Shown here: positions 13,882-21,475 of the stretch, one piece after another
Numbering within the stretch: the first letter of the stretch is position 1
How the letters are laid out: each line of letters begins with the position of its first letter
NCBI GenBank assembly: GCA_016234525.1
Contig: JACRBK010000734.1
Coordinates: 1-33,395 of the forward strand
DNA from: Chloroflexota bacterium
GTDB lineage: Bacteria > Chloroflexota > Anaerolineae > Aggregatilineales > Aggregatilineaceae
Direction: 5' to 3'
DNA length: 33,395 nucleotides
Made by a program: the position numbers and the translations under genes
Notes under the pieces: model-generated
What the model was told of the DNA's origin: nothing
Databases searched by the model: none
The model's input: the letters and a program-made list of their open reading frames with translations, nothing else

Positions 13882-16779
13882 ATGAGACTTTGCCCTATGC
13901 CTGATCACACTCCTCAGCAGTTTGTCGAAAAATGGGAGCGCGCCGAACTGAAAGAGCGCGCCAGTGCTCAATCACACTTTGATGACGTGTGCCGACTGGT
14001 AGGACATCCAACCCCTACTGAAATGGACCCTTCCGGCGAGTTTTTCTGCTTCGAGGCTGGCGGAAAAACGACTTCCGGCGGCCAGGGTTACGCCGATGTC
14101 TGGTACAAGGGCCACTTCGCCATCGAGTATAAAGGCAAGGGCAAGTATGAAACACTCGACGCGGCCTACCAGCAGCTTCTCAAATACCGCGAGTATTTGG
14201 GCAATCCCCCGCTGCTAATCGTGTGCGACATCGAACATTGGGAGATTCACACCAACTTCACCGGCACGGAAAAGCGGGTTCATCGTTTCACCAACCGCGA
14301 CATTGCCACCACGACCCGTATCCAGCGGATGCTGCGCTGGTTGTTCGAGGACCCGCAGCAGTTCCACCCGGAGCGCACTGCCGAGCAAGTCACGGCGGAG
14401 GCGGCTGGTGGATTCAAGGACATTGCCAGTAACATGCGCGCCTGGGAAGCGGCCCCGGAACGGATCGCGCATTTCCTGACCAAGCTGGTGTTCTGCCTGT
14501 TTGCAGAGGATGTCGGGCTGCTGCCTGCCGGGTTGAGTGGCAAGGGGCTGTTCACCGAGATCGTTGAGCAAACCCGCACCAAACCCCGCGAATTTGTGCT
14601 GTACACCCAGCAGTTGTTCCAGGCGATGGCGCAGGGCGGCAAGGTCCAGTTCCGTGACATTCGCTGGTTTGATGGCATCCTGTTTGATGATGTGGTGGTC
14701 GAGGAACTCAGCCAGGAAGCGCTCAACGCCCTGGAACGAGCGTGCCGCGTGGATTGGTCCTCTGTTGAACCGGCTATCTTCGGGACGCTGTTCGAGCGCA
14801 GCCTGGACCCGTCCAAGCGGGCGCAGTTGGGCGCGCACTACACCAGCCGCAGCGATATTCTGCTGATCGTTGAGCCGGTGCTGATGCAGCCGCTCCGCCG
14901 TGAGTGGGACACGGTCCAGCTAGAGGCGGCCCCGGTGCGCGAAAAGTACGACGCGGCGCTGAGGGATGGCACGCGGGCGACGATCACCCGTTTTGCCAAT
15001 GAACTGCTGGCCCTGCGTGAACGGATTCTGCACAAGCTGCGTTCCGTGACCGTACTCGATCCGGCGTGCGGATCGGGCAACTTCCTGTATGTCTCGCTGC
15101 AACTGCTCAAGGATATGGAAAAAGAGGTCATCCACCATCCCCTGTGGCATGATCTGCCGCTGGCAATCCCCGAAGTCCACCCGCGCCAGTTGTACGGCGT
15201 CGAGATCAACCCCATCGCGCACGATCTCGCCTCGATTGTGGTGTGGATCGGGTACATCCAGTGGCAGCAGAACAACGGCTATCTGTCGTTCAAGGAGCCG
15301 ATCCTCGAACCGCTGACCAACATCCGGCAGATGGACGCGATCCTGGCCTTCGATGAGGACGGGAACCCGGTAGAACCGGAGTGGCCGAGCGTGGATGTGA
15401 TCGTGAGCAACCCGCCGTTTTTAGGCGACAAAAAGATGCGCGCTGAGTTGGGCGATCCATATGTAGATACATTGCGCAACCTTTACGAGGACAAGATACC
15501 CGGCCAGAGTGATCTGGTGTGCTATTGGTTCGAGCAGGCGCGGCAGATGATCGAACAGGGCGCGGTGAAGCGTGCTGGATTGCTGGCGACCAACTCGATA
15601 CGCGGCGGCGCAAACCGCAGGGTGCTTGAGCGTATCAAGGAGACAGGCGACATTTTTATGGCATGGAGCGATCGGGATTGGATTCTCGAAGGTGCTGCCG
15701 TGCATGTATCGATGATTGGGTTCGACAACGGTCAGGAATTCAACCCAATTTTGGATGGGACAGAAGTAAAACATATCAATGCCGATCTAACTGGTGCATC
15801 CAATACTGTTTCTGCAATACGACTTCGTGAAAACAGCAACTTATCTTTTATTGGAATTGCACAGCATGGCCCATTCAGTATTGATGCAGAGCAAGCACAG
15901 CAATTACTCACGGTAAAGAACGATTCGGGACTTCCCAATTCTGATGTAGTGGTTAGATGGGCTAATGGTCTGGATATTACGAGCCGCCCTCGAAACATGT
16001 GGATCGTTGACTTTGGAACTGAGCGTTCTGAAGAGGAAGCTCGCAATTACCGTGCCCCATTCCAGTATGTTCAAGAATATGTGTATCCTATCCGTTCACA
16101 GAATCGACGCGACAGTCGGCGTAAACGCTGGTGGTTACTTGGTGAAACTATGCCAAAGATGAGGCAGGCTTTGGCTGTGTTGGATCGCTATATTGGTACG
16201 CCGCGTGTCGCCAAACATAGACTGTTTCAATGGTTCGACAGGTCAATACTTCCAGACAACCAGATTGTTGTTTTCGCCCGCGACGACGATTACTTCTTCG
16301 GCGTACTGCACTCACGTTTTCACGAAAAGTGGGCGCTGCGCATGGGAACATCGCTCGAAGATCGTCCGCGCTACACACCAACCACCACCTTTGAAACCTT
16401 CCCCTTTCCCTGGTCGCCCGGTCAGGAACCCACCGATCACCCTATCTATCGCGCCATCAGCGCCGCCGCTCAGCAGTTTCACGAGGAGCGCGAGGTGTGG
16501 CTCAACCCGCCGGGTGTTTCTGGCAAGGCGCTCGATCAGCGCACCCTGACCAATCTCTACAATGCGCTGCTGGTCTTTCGCGGCGATCCGCCCGCTGAAG
16601 GCAAAAGCCATCCGAAGATCGTCCCCGCCGCTGGAGATTTCGCGCCCCGCCTGATGGACCTGCACGCCGCGTTGGATCGCGCTGTGTGTGATGCGTATGG
16701 CTGGGAGTATGCCGTATTGGACGATGAAGAAGAGATTCTGCGCCGTCTGCTGGCGCTCAATTTGGAACGGGCAGGGTAA
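13882..16779 (+). CDS. MmeI-family Type IIL/IIG restriction-modification enzyme (fused PD-ExK nuclease + N6-adenine DNA methyltransferase + TRD)
   Basis: The N-terminal 'GYADVWYKGHFAIEYKGKGK' gives D-X9-E-X-K, the spacing of the MmeI nuclease motif. SAM motif I is 'VLDPACGSGNFLY' and catalytic motif IV is 'NPPFLG'. At 965 aa the length is typical of the family. An alternative start is ATG 13897. Confidence 0.85.
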   Translation: MRLCPMPDHTPQQFVEKWERAELKERASAQSHFDDVCRLVGHPTPTEMDPSGEFFCFEAGGKTTSGGQGYADVWYKGHFAIEYKGKGKYETLDAAYQQLLKYREYLGNPPLLIVCDIEHWEIHTNFTGTEKRVHRFTNRDIATTTRIQRMLRWLFEDPQQFHPERTAEQVTAEAAGGFKDIASNMRAWEAAPERIAHFLTKLVFCLFAEDVGLLPAGLSGKGLFTEIVEQTRTKPREFVLYTQQLFQAMAQGGKVQFRDIRWFDGILFDDVVVEELSQEALNALERACRVDWSSVEPAIFGTLFERSLDPSKRAQLGAHYTSRSDILLIVEPVLMQPLRREWDTVQLEAAPVREKYDAALRDGTRATITRFANELLALRERILHKLRSVTVLDPACGSGNFLYVSLQLLKDMEKEVIHHPLWHDLPLAIPEVHPRQLYGVEINPIAHDLASIVVWIGYIQWQQNNGYLSFKEPILEPLTNIRQMDAILAFDEDGNPVEPEWPSVDVIVSNPPFLGDKKMRAELGDPYVDTLRNLYEDKIPGQSDLVCYWFEQARQMIEQGAVKRAGLLATNSIRGGANRRVLERIKETGDIFMAWSDRDWILEGAAVHVSMIGFDNGQEFNPILDGTEVKHINADLTGASNTVSAIRLRENSNLSFIGIAQHGPFSIDAEQAQQLLTVKNDSGLPNSDVVVRWANGLDITSRPRNMWIVDFGTERSEEEARNYRAPFQYVQEYVYPIRSQNRRDSRRKRWWLLGETMPKMRQALAVLDRYIGTPRVAKHRLFQWFDRSILPDNQIVVFARDDDYFFGVLHSRFHEKWALRMGTSLEDRPRYTPTTTFETFPFPWSPGQEPTDHPIYRAISAAAQQFHEEREVWLNPPGVSGKALDQRTLTNLYNALLVFRGDPPAEGKSHPKIVPAAGDFAPRLMDLHAALDRAVCDAYGWEYAVLDDEEEILRRLLALNLERAG

Positions 16780-16803
16780 GGTAAGGGAGTATTATTTATC
16801 AAC

Positions 16804-16827
16804 AAAGCCGCTAAAGTCAGCGGCTTT
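16804..16827 (+). terminator. hairpin, possible terminator of the R-M gene
   Basis: AAAGCCGCT-AAAGTC-AGCGGCTTT forms a 9-bp stem 25 nt after the stop. The only T residues are the three inside the stem, so this is weak as an intrinsic terminator. Confidence 0.3.
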
Positions 16828-16904
16828 GACTGTATGACCATCTATAACGGTATCGAGGATATAGGTACTCTTGTGAAAAATGAAATTTTCTAGGTGAATG
16901 ATGC

Positions 16905-16930
16905 CTGGAAAGACTCGATACAACAGAGTT
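16905..16930. repeat. right element boundary (attR-like): inverted-repeat arm CTGGAAAGACTCGATACAACA followed by GAGTT core
   Basis: This is the partner of 416-438 (see that feature). Confidence 0.45.
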
Positions 16931-17233
16931 GTCTAAAAATGAAATCTTCGTTAATTTAACACGATTGTCATTGCAAACCCAAATAATCCGTGATAAGCTG
17001 TGGTAAAGTTTGTAATTGGATAGATTCAGGATTAATTACCGTCAGATGCCAACAGGTCGTAAACATTCCGATTGTTGTGAAGCAGACGGTAAGTCCATTT
17101 AAGAATGGTGATTATCAATCAGGCCTCACCGGTTTCCGTTTTGCCCCTAAGTGACCTGGTCTCTGTCTGACAGCACTAGACTCTCCCAAAGTAACGCCAG
17201 TGTGCTTACCAGAAAAGTAGTGTGCGGGTCTCT

Positions 17234-18826
17234 ATGAATATCTTCATTAGTTACAGCAGGAAAAGCTTTACTGTGGTCGAGACGCTTGCTGTTGATCTCG
17301 AAGCGTTAGGCTTCACTGTTTGGTTTGACCGTGAACTGGCGGGTGGACAGGAATGGTGGGAAGAAATCCTGCACAGTATTCGGCGCTCTCATCTCTTTCT
17401 CTACGCGCTGACCCCTGAGTCAATCGAGTCGTATCCCTGTAAGCTGGAATATGACTATGCTATGGCCCTGAATAAACGAATACTGCCCGTGATGTTGGCT
17501 GACATCAATATCTCATTACTGCCCTCCTCTGTTCAAAGATTCCAGATCGTTGATTATCGATTACAAGACAAACAACAGGCTTTAGCGCTAGGTCGGGCCA
17601 TGAACAGCCTACCCAAAACACGCCCGCTGCCCAAGCCGCTGCCGACCAAACCAGAAGCGCCCGTTCCTCCTCTGACTCGCCTGAGAGATCAAATCGATTT
17701 GCCCTCCCTGGGAAAAGATGAGCAGGAGCTGATCGTGGCGAGACTCAAGGAGTTTTTGGAGAATTCGGCCACCGCAAATGATGCGCGCAACCTGCTGACA
17801 CGGCTGTGTACACGCGATGACTTGCTGGCAAAAACGGAAAAAGAGATTAATCGCCTGCTCGGCGTTAAAAAGATCGCAGAAGGAGAGACACACCGGTCAC
17901 TTTTCAAGGCGGCTCCACAGGTTTTCAGTGGGCACACAGAAGCCGTGTTTGGGGTTGCTTACGCTCCGGATGGTAAAACAATCCTTACCGCGGGAGTAGA
18001 CAAGATTGCCCTGCTGTGGGATATCGCCACCGGTCAAGTTGTGAGTCGGCTGGTCGGCCATACCAATACCATCTGGAACATTGCTTATGCCCCTGACAGT
18101 CGTGTGGCGGCAACCAGCAGCCGTGACCGAACGGTTCGGTTGTGGAATTTGACCACAGGTGAAGAAATTTGCCAGCTTATTGGTCACACAGAATCGGTCT
18201 GGGGGGTGGCTTATGCGCCCAACGGACAAACGATCATAACCGGGGGGTTTGATAAGACGGCTCGGTTGTGGGATGTAGAAACGGGCAAAGATATCCGCCA
18301 GTTCATCGGTCATTCAGCAGCCGTGTGGGGGGTGGCCTATGCACCGGATGGTCAGACCGTGATTACGGGAAGTTGGGATCGCACAATCTGCTTGTGGGAC
18401 GTAGAAACCGGTAAAGAGATCCGCCGGTTTGCCGGACACACAAGTCCCGTATTCGGTGTTATTTACTCACCCGATGGACGAACCATTCTCTCAAGTTGTC
18501 GCGATGGTTATGCCAAGTTGTGGGACGTTCAAACTGGACAGGAACTAAGTGAACTGACGGGTCATGTTGCATTCAGTATCGCCTATGCCCCTGATGGGCG
18601 TACTATTCTCACCGGCGGTGGGGATAAGATGGTCTGTTTGTGGGAATCTGCCACCGGACGAGAATTGTACCGCTTCAACAGCCATACGGATGCAGTAACC
18701 AGTGTTGCCTTTTCACCGCTATCAAATGCCATTTTGACAGGCAGTGCGGATAAGACAGTACGGTTATGGAAACTAAATTTAGACAAAAAGCTGACGGAGA
18801 ACTCCGCGATGCTTAGCACCATTTAG
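17234..18826 (+). CDS. TIR-domain / WD40-repeat protein
   Basis: The N-terminal 'IFISYSRKSF...FTVWFDRE...LFLYALTPESIESYPCKLEYDYA...RILPVML' is a TIR signature that includes the (W/Y)xCxxE glutamate. A ~100-aa linker follows. Then come seven ~42-aa WD40 repeats of the form 'GHTxxVxxVAYAPDGxTIxTGxxDKTxxLWDxxTGxE'. The track ORF starts at GTG 17222. I prefer ATG 17234. Confidence 0.9.
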   Translation: MNIFISYSRKSFTVVETLAVDLEALGFTVWFDRELAGGQEWWEEILHSIRRSHLFLYALTPESIESYPCKLEYDYAMALNKRILPVMLADINISLLPSSVQRFQIVDYRLQDKQQALALGRAMNSLPKTRPLPKPLPTKPEAPVPPLTRLRDQIDLPSLGKDEQELIVARLKEFLENSATANDARNLLTRLCTRDDLLAKTEKEINRLLGVKKIAEGETHRSLFKAAPQVFSGHTEAVFGVAYAPDGKTILTAGVDKIALLWDIATGQVVSRLVGHTNTIWNIAYAPDSRVAATSSRDRTVRLWNLTTGEEICQLIGHTESVWGVAYAPNGQTIITGGFDKTARLWDVETGKDIRQFIGHSAAVWGVAYAPDGQTVITGSWDRTICLWDVETGKEIRRFAGHTSPVFGVIYSPDGRTILSSCRDGYAKLWDVQTGQELSELTGHVAFSIAYAPDGRTILTGGGDKMVCLWESATGRELYRFNSHTDAVTSVAFSPLSNAILTGSADKTVRLWKLNLDKKLTENSAMLSTI

Positions 18827-19007
18827 AAACAAACCAGGTCAACGACCCTACACAACTTCCACACCGACCGAACTACGTTTAAGGTGTGGCGGTTGTAGCG
18901 GATCTAATTCCTCGTCAGATGATGTTGTTATGCGCTGGAAATAACATTTCTAGCGCCCAGACCCATACAATAGGTGGCGTGCCCCGTCACTATCTAGAAG
19001 GAGAGTT

Positions 19008-19460
19008 ATGCCTACGTGGATCGTTGTGGAAGATGAATCGGACATTCACGATTTTATCATGGGGATGTTTGAAATCTGGGGCATCGGTGGCATGGCTTTC
19101 TCAAATGGCATGGAAGCTATCGCCTGGCTTGATAAACTGAGTGGTCGCCAGGTCAAGGATGATCTGCCAGAGTTGGCGCTCGTCGATATTCGTTTGCCTG
19201 ACATTCCCGGGCCAGAAATCAGCGCCAAGCTGAGAGACAAATGGGGTAACAACATTACCATTGTATTGACCACTGCCTATCATTTGACGCCTGAGGAAGA
19301 AGAGCAGATCATAAATAGCGCTCAGGCGGATGCCTTGATGTATAAACCACTCCCCTTGATGGCGGACCTCCGCCGTATTCTGGACCAGATCATTACGAAG
19401 CGCAAAACATTGGCTTCGGAGTTCATCGTGGTGCCTCGTGATAAACCCAATGGTTCATAA
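19008..19460 (+). CDS. stand-alone response-regulator receiver protein
   Basis: 'WIVVEDESD', 'LALVDIRLPDIPG' (phospho-acceptor Asp), 'IVLTTAY' and 'MYKPL' are present. AGGAGA SD lies before the ATG. Confidence 0.85.
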   Translation: MPTWIVVEDESDIHDFIMGMFEIWGIGGMAFSNGMEAIAWLDKLSGRQVKDDLPELALVDIRLPDIPGPEISAKLRDKWGNNITIVLTTAYHLTPEEEEQIINSAQADALMYKPLPLMADLRRILDQIITKRKTLASEFIVVPRDKPNGS

Positions 19461-19677
19461 ATCAAAATAAATATAGCCGGTACTAACGCGTGCGTTTTGG
19501 GAAACCCCATACAGTTCAACGGCACATCCACTCGATTCGGATACCAAGAATTTCTCCTATTGTCTATTACCAGCTATCCAAGTGCAGCTGAACTCCACGC
19601 AGGAGTGGACTGGCCCCACGACCGCGACAGTGAGGACTTCGCTCTAGTAACAAGCCGAGTATGACAGAGAGCCACAC

Positions 19678-19711
19678 GGGCGGACTTCGCCAAGAGTCCG
19701 TCCGTTTTTTT
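19678..19711 (+). terminator. strong intrinsic terminator with no gene ending nearby
   Basis: GGGCGGACT-TCGCCAAG-AGTCCGTCC forms a 9-bp stem with one G-U pair, followed by G plus seven T. It lies 218 nt downstream of the receiver gene's stop. Confidence 0.6.
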
Positions 19712-19937
19712 CGTACTATGACGCTCTACTCTACGATCACATCCTGTGAAATACATCGCAACTCCGAGTAACAAACCCATGTACAATGGTGACATACCAA
19801 CCCAGGATGAAAAAGTGGGAAATAGGGGGGGAAAGCAGGGAGGAGAGCAGGTCATGACGGAACAAATTCGCCACTTGAAGTTGAGTGACAACGAGAAACA
19901 AGCCTTACGCCAGCGATACCACGGGACCAATAGGTTA

Positions 19938-21077
19938 CTACCTCTCGTGGTCGGATAGCTTGTTTGCAGCCTCAACGGTCTCTGAGAACGCAGTCGAGGA
20001 AGTAACCGGCAGGTTGAACCAGAAGGTTGTGCCGTGTTCTGGATTGTTACGCACGCCAATGGTGCCCGCTTGGAGTTCGATCATTTGCCTACAGATGGAC
20101 AACCCAAGCCCGGAGCTTTTTTCGCCGCCAGTGGGCTTGTTGCTCAATCGTGCATATTTTGTGAAAGCTTTCGCGAGATCTGCCTCACTCAACCCTGGAC
20201 CGGAGTCACATACTTCCAGAACCACCGAATTGTCCTGAATAGAAGTGCGGATGATGGCTGTCGCATCTGTCGGACAAAACTTGATCGCATTACCAACGAG
20301 ATTCTGGATGACCTGAGCCAGCCGGGTTTCGTCGCCCATCACCTCTGGTAAGTGTTCTTCCAGGGCCAACTGCACCTCGATACTTTTGGATTGCGCGTAT
20401 TCCGTGTTTTCTTCGACAACGCGGCGGGCGATCTGGTTCAAATCGGCGAGTTTCAGATCGAGTCGCAGCCGGCCATCCTGCAACGCCTGGAAATCCAGGA
20501 AGTCGGTGATGATGCGCTGCATCGTTTTGCCTTGTTTCACGATCAACCCCAGCGTCGCATAGATGTCGCCTGTCATAACTTCTCCAGGAGTTACCACCTG
20601 TTGGATGACGTAGGCTGACATCAAGATATTGCTCAGTGGATTTTTTAAGTCATGGCTTGCTATCTGGAGAAACTGATCTTTGAATTCTGTCAGCCTCTTG
20701 AGCTGCAACTGAGTCTGGACCCGAGCCAGCAAGACCGGAAAATTGATCGGCTTGGTGACATAATCGTTGGCCCCTAGTTTAAAACCGGCGATGATATCTT
20801 CACTTTCGTCACGTGCGGTCGCCATAATCACCGGCAGTTCGGCAATCGACTGTTTCTGACGGATGATCTGAAGAACTTCAAAACCGTTCAGTCCTGGCAT
20901 CATGACATCCAGTAAAACCAGATCAAATCGCTCGGCTTGAAGTACCGCCAATGTTCGGTTGCCATCTTCGGCCACTGCGACACGATAACCCTCGCGTTCC
21001 AGCCGGCGTGATAACATATCGCGGTTCATTTCGTTATCATCCGCGACGAGTAGATAACCTTGATCGTTTTGTTTCAT
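19938..21077 (-). CDS. receiver-domain-containing histidine kinase (REC-HisKA-HATPase)
   Basis: REC: 'LLVADDNEMNRDML', 'VLLDVMMPGLNGF', 'DYVTKP'. H-box: 'IASHDLKNPLSNI'. N-box: 'NLVGNAIKF'. G-boxes: 'DSGPGL' and 'GLGLSI'. Confidence 0.9.
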   Translation of the reverse strand: MKQNDQGYLLVADDNEMNRDMLSRRLEREGYRVAVAEDGNRTLAVLQAERFDLVLLDVMMPGLNGFEVLQIIRQKQSIAELPVIMATARDESEDIIAGFKLGANDYVTKPINFPVLLARVQTQLQLKRLTEFKDQFLQIASHDLKNPLSNILMSAYVIQQVVTPGEVMTGDIYATLGLIVKQGKTMQRIITDFLDFQALQDGRLRLDLKLADLNQIARRVVEENTEYAQSKSIEVQLALEEHLPEVMGDETRLAQVIQNLVGNAIKFCPTDATAIIRTSIQDNSVVLEVCDSGPGLSEADLAKAFTKYARLSNKPTGGEKSSGLGLSICRQMIELQAGTIGVRNNPEHGTTFWFNLPVTSSTAFSETVEAANKLSDHER

Positions 21078-21451
21078 GATGGGTTGTTCCTATTTAGCAC
21101 AACACCGATTTTCTCTAGAAGGCGGCCCATATCCACCGGTTTGGTATCATAATCATTACAGCCCGCTGCCAGTCCTTTTTCCCGGTCACCGGCCATCGCA
21201 TTCGCCGACAGACCGATAATAGGAATAGACCGAGTCTGAGGCATGTGCCGGATCAGACTTGTCGCTTGCCAACCATCCAGTATGGGCAGCCCCATGTCCA
21301 TCAGAATCAAATCCGGGGATGCATCTCTTGCCATCTCGACCGCACTCGCGCCATCAAGTGCCACAACGACCTGGAAACCACGGCGCTCCAAGCGCCGGAT
21401 CAGCATATCACGATTATCTTCGTTATCTTCGACCACTAGAATCTTCACCAT
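21074..21451 (-). CDS. CheY-like single-domain response regulator
   Basis: 'KILVVEDNEDNRDML', 'LILMDMGLPILDGW', 'IIGLSANA' and 'DYDTKP' are present. A 4-nt overlap with the downstream kinase gene suggests translational coupling. Confidence 0.9.
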   Translation of the reverse strand: MVKILVVEDNEDNRDMLIRRLERRGFQVVVALDGASAVEMARDASPDLILMDMGLPILDGWQATSLIRHMPQTRSIPIIGLSANAMAGDREKGLAAGCNDYDTKPVDMGRLLEKIGVVLNRNNPS

Positions 21452-21475
21452 GTCAGTTATCTCGCAATTTTCTGA

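Larger units (their letters stand above)
421..16925 (+). mobile_element. integrated ~16.5-kb element (integrative mobilisable element or integrated plasmid-like): serine recombinase, ParAB, relaxase-like protein, primase-helicase, iteron origin, R-M cargo
   Basis: The gene content is typical of a mobile replicon. Composition is GC-richer by eye than 16926-33395. Inverted repeats plus a 5-bp direct repeat sit at both ends. The recombinase gene lies ~0.7 kb from the left end. All genes are co-oriented. Confidence 0.55.

Noticed and set aside
7396-15275. Many long minus-strand ORFs inside the element, for example 7396..7989, 9358..10311, 12915..13640, 14215..14838 and 14838..15275.
   Set aside because: Each lies fully antisense to a + strand gene with clear domain motifs. 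Their products are Arg/Pro/Gly/Ala-rich with no motifs, which is typical of shadow ORFs in GC-rich DNA.
13882-16779. BREX PglX methyltransferase.
   Set aside because: No brxA/B/C, pglZ or brxL genes are nearby, and the N-terminus carries an intact D-X9-E-X-K nuclease motif. This fits a stand-alone MmeI-type R-M enzyme better.
16874-16950. Short direct repeat AAAAATGAAAT(T/C)TT at about 16876-16889 and 16936-16949, straddling the right boundary.
   Set aside because: It is only ~13 bp in very AT-rich DNA, has no partner at the left end, and is not needed to explain the boundary. It is probably chance.
19574-20351. ORFs 19574..20059 -, 19746..19958 +, 19885..20238 + and 20034..20351 +.
   Set aside because: They lie in the convergent intergenic region or antisense to the well-supported REC-kinase gene. 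They have no SD sequences or motifs and contain low-complexity stretches.
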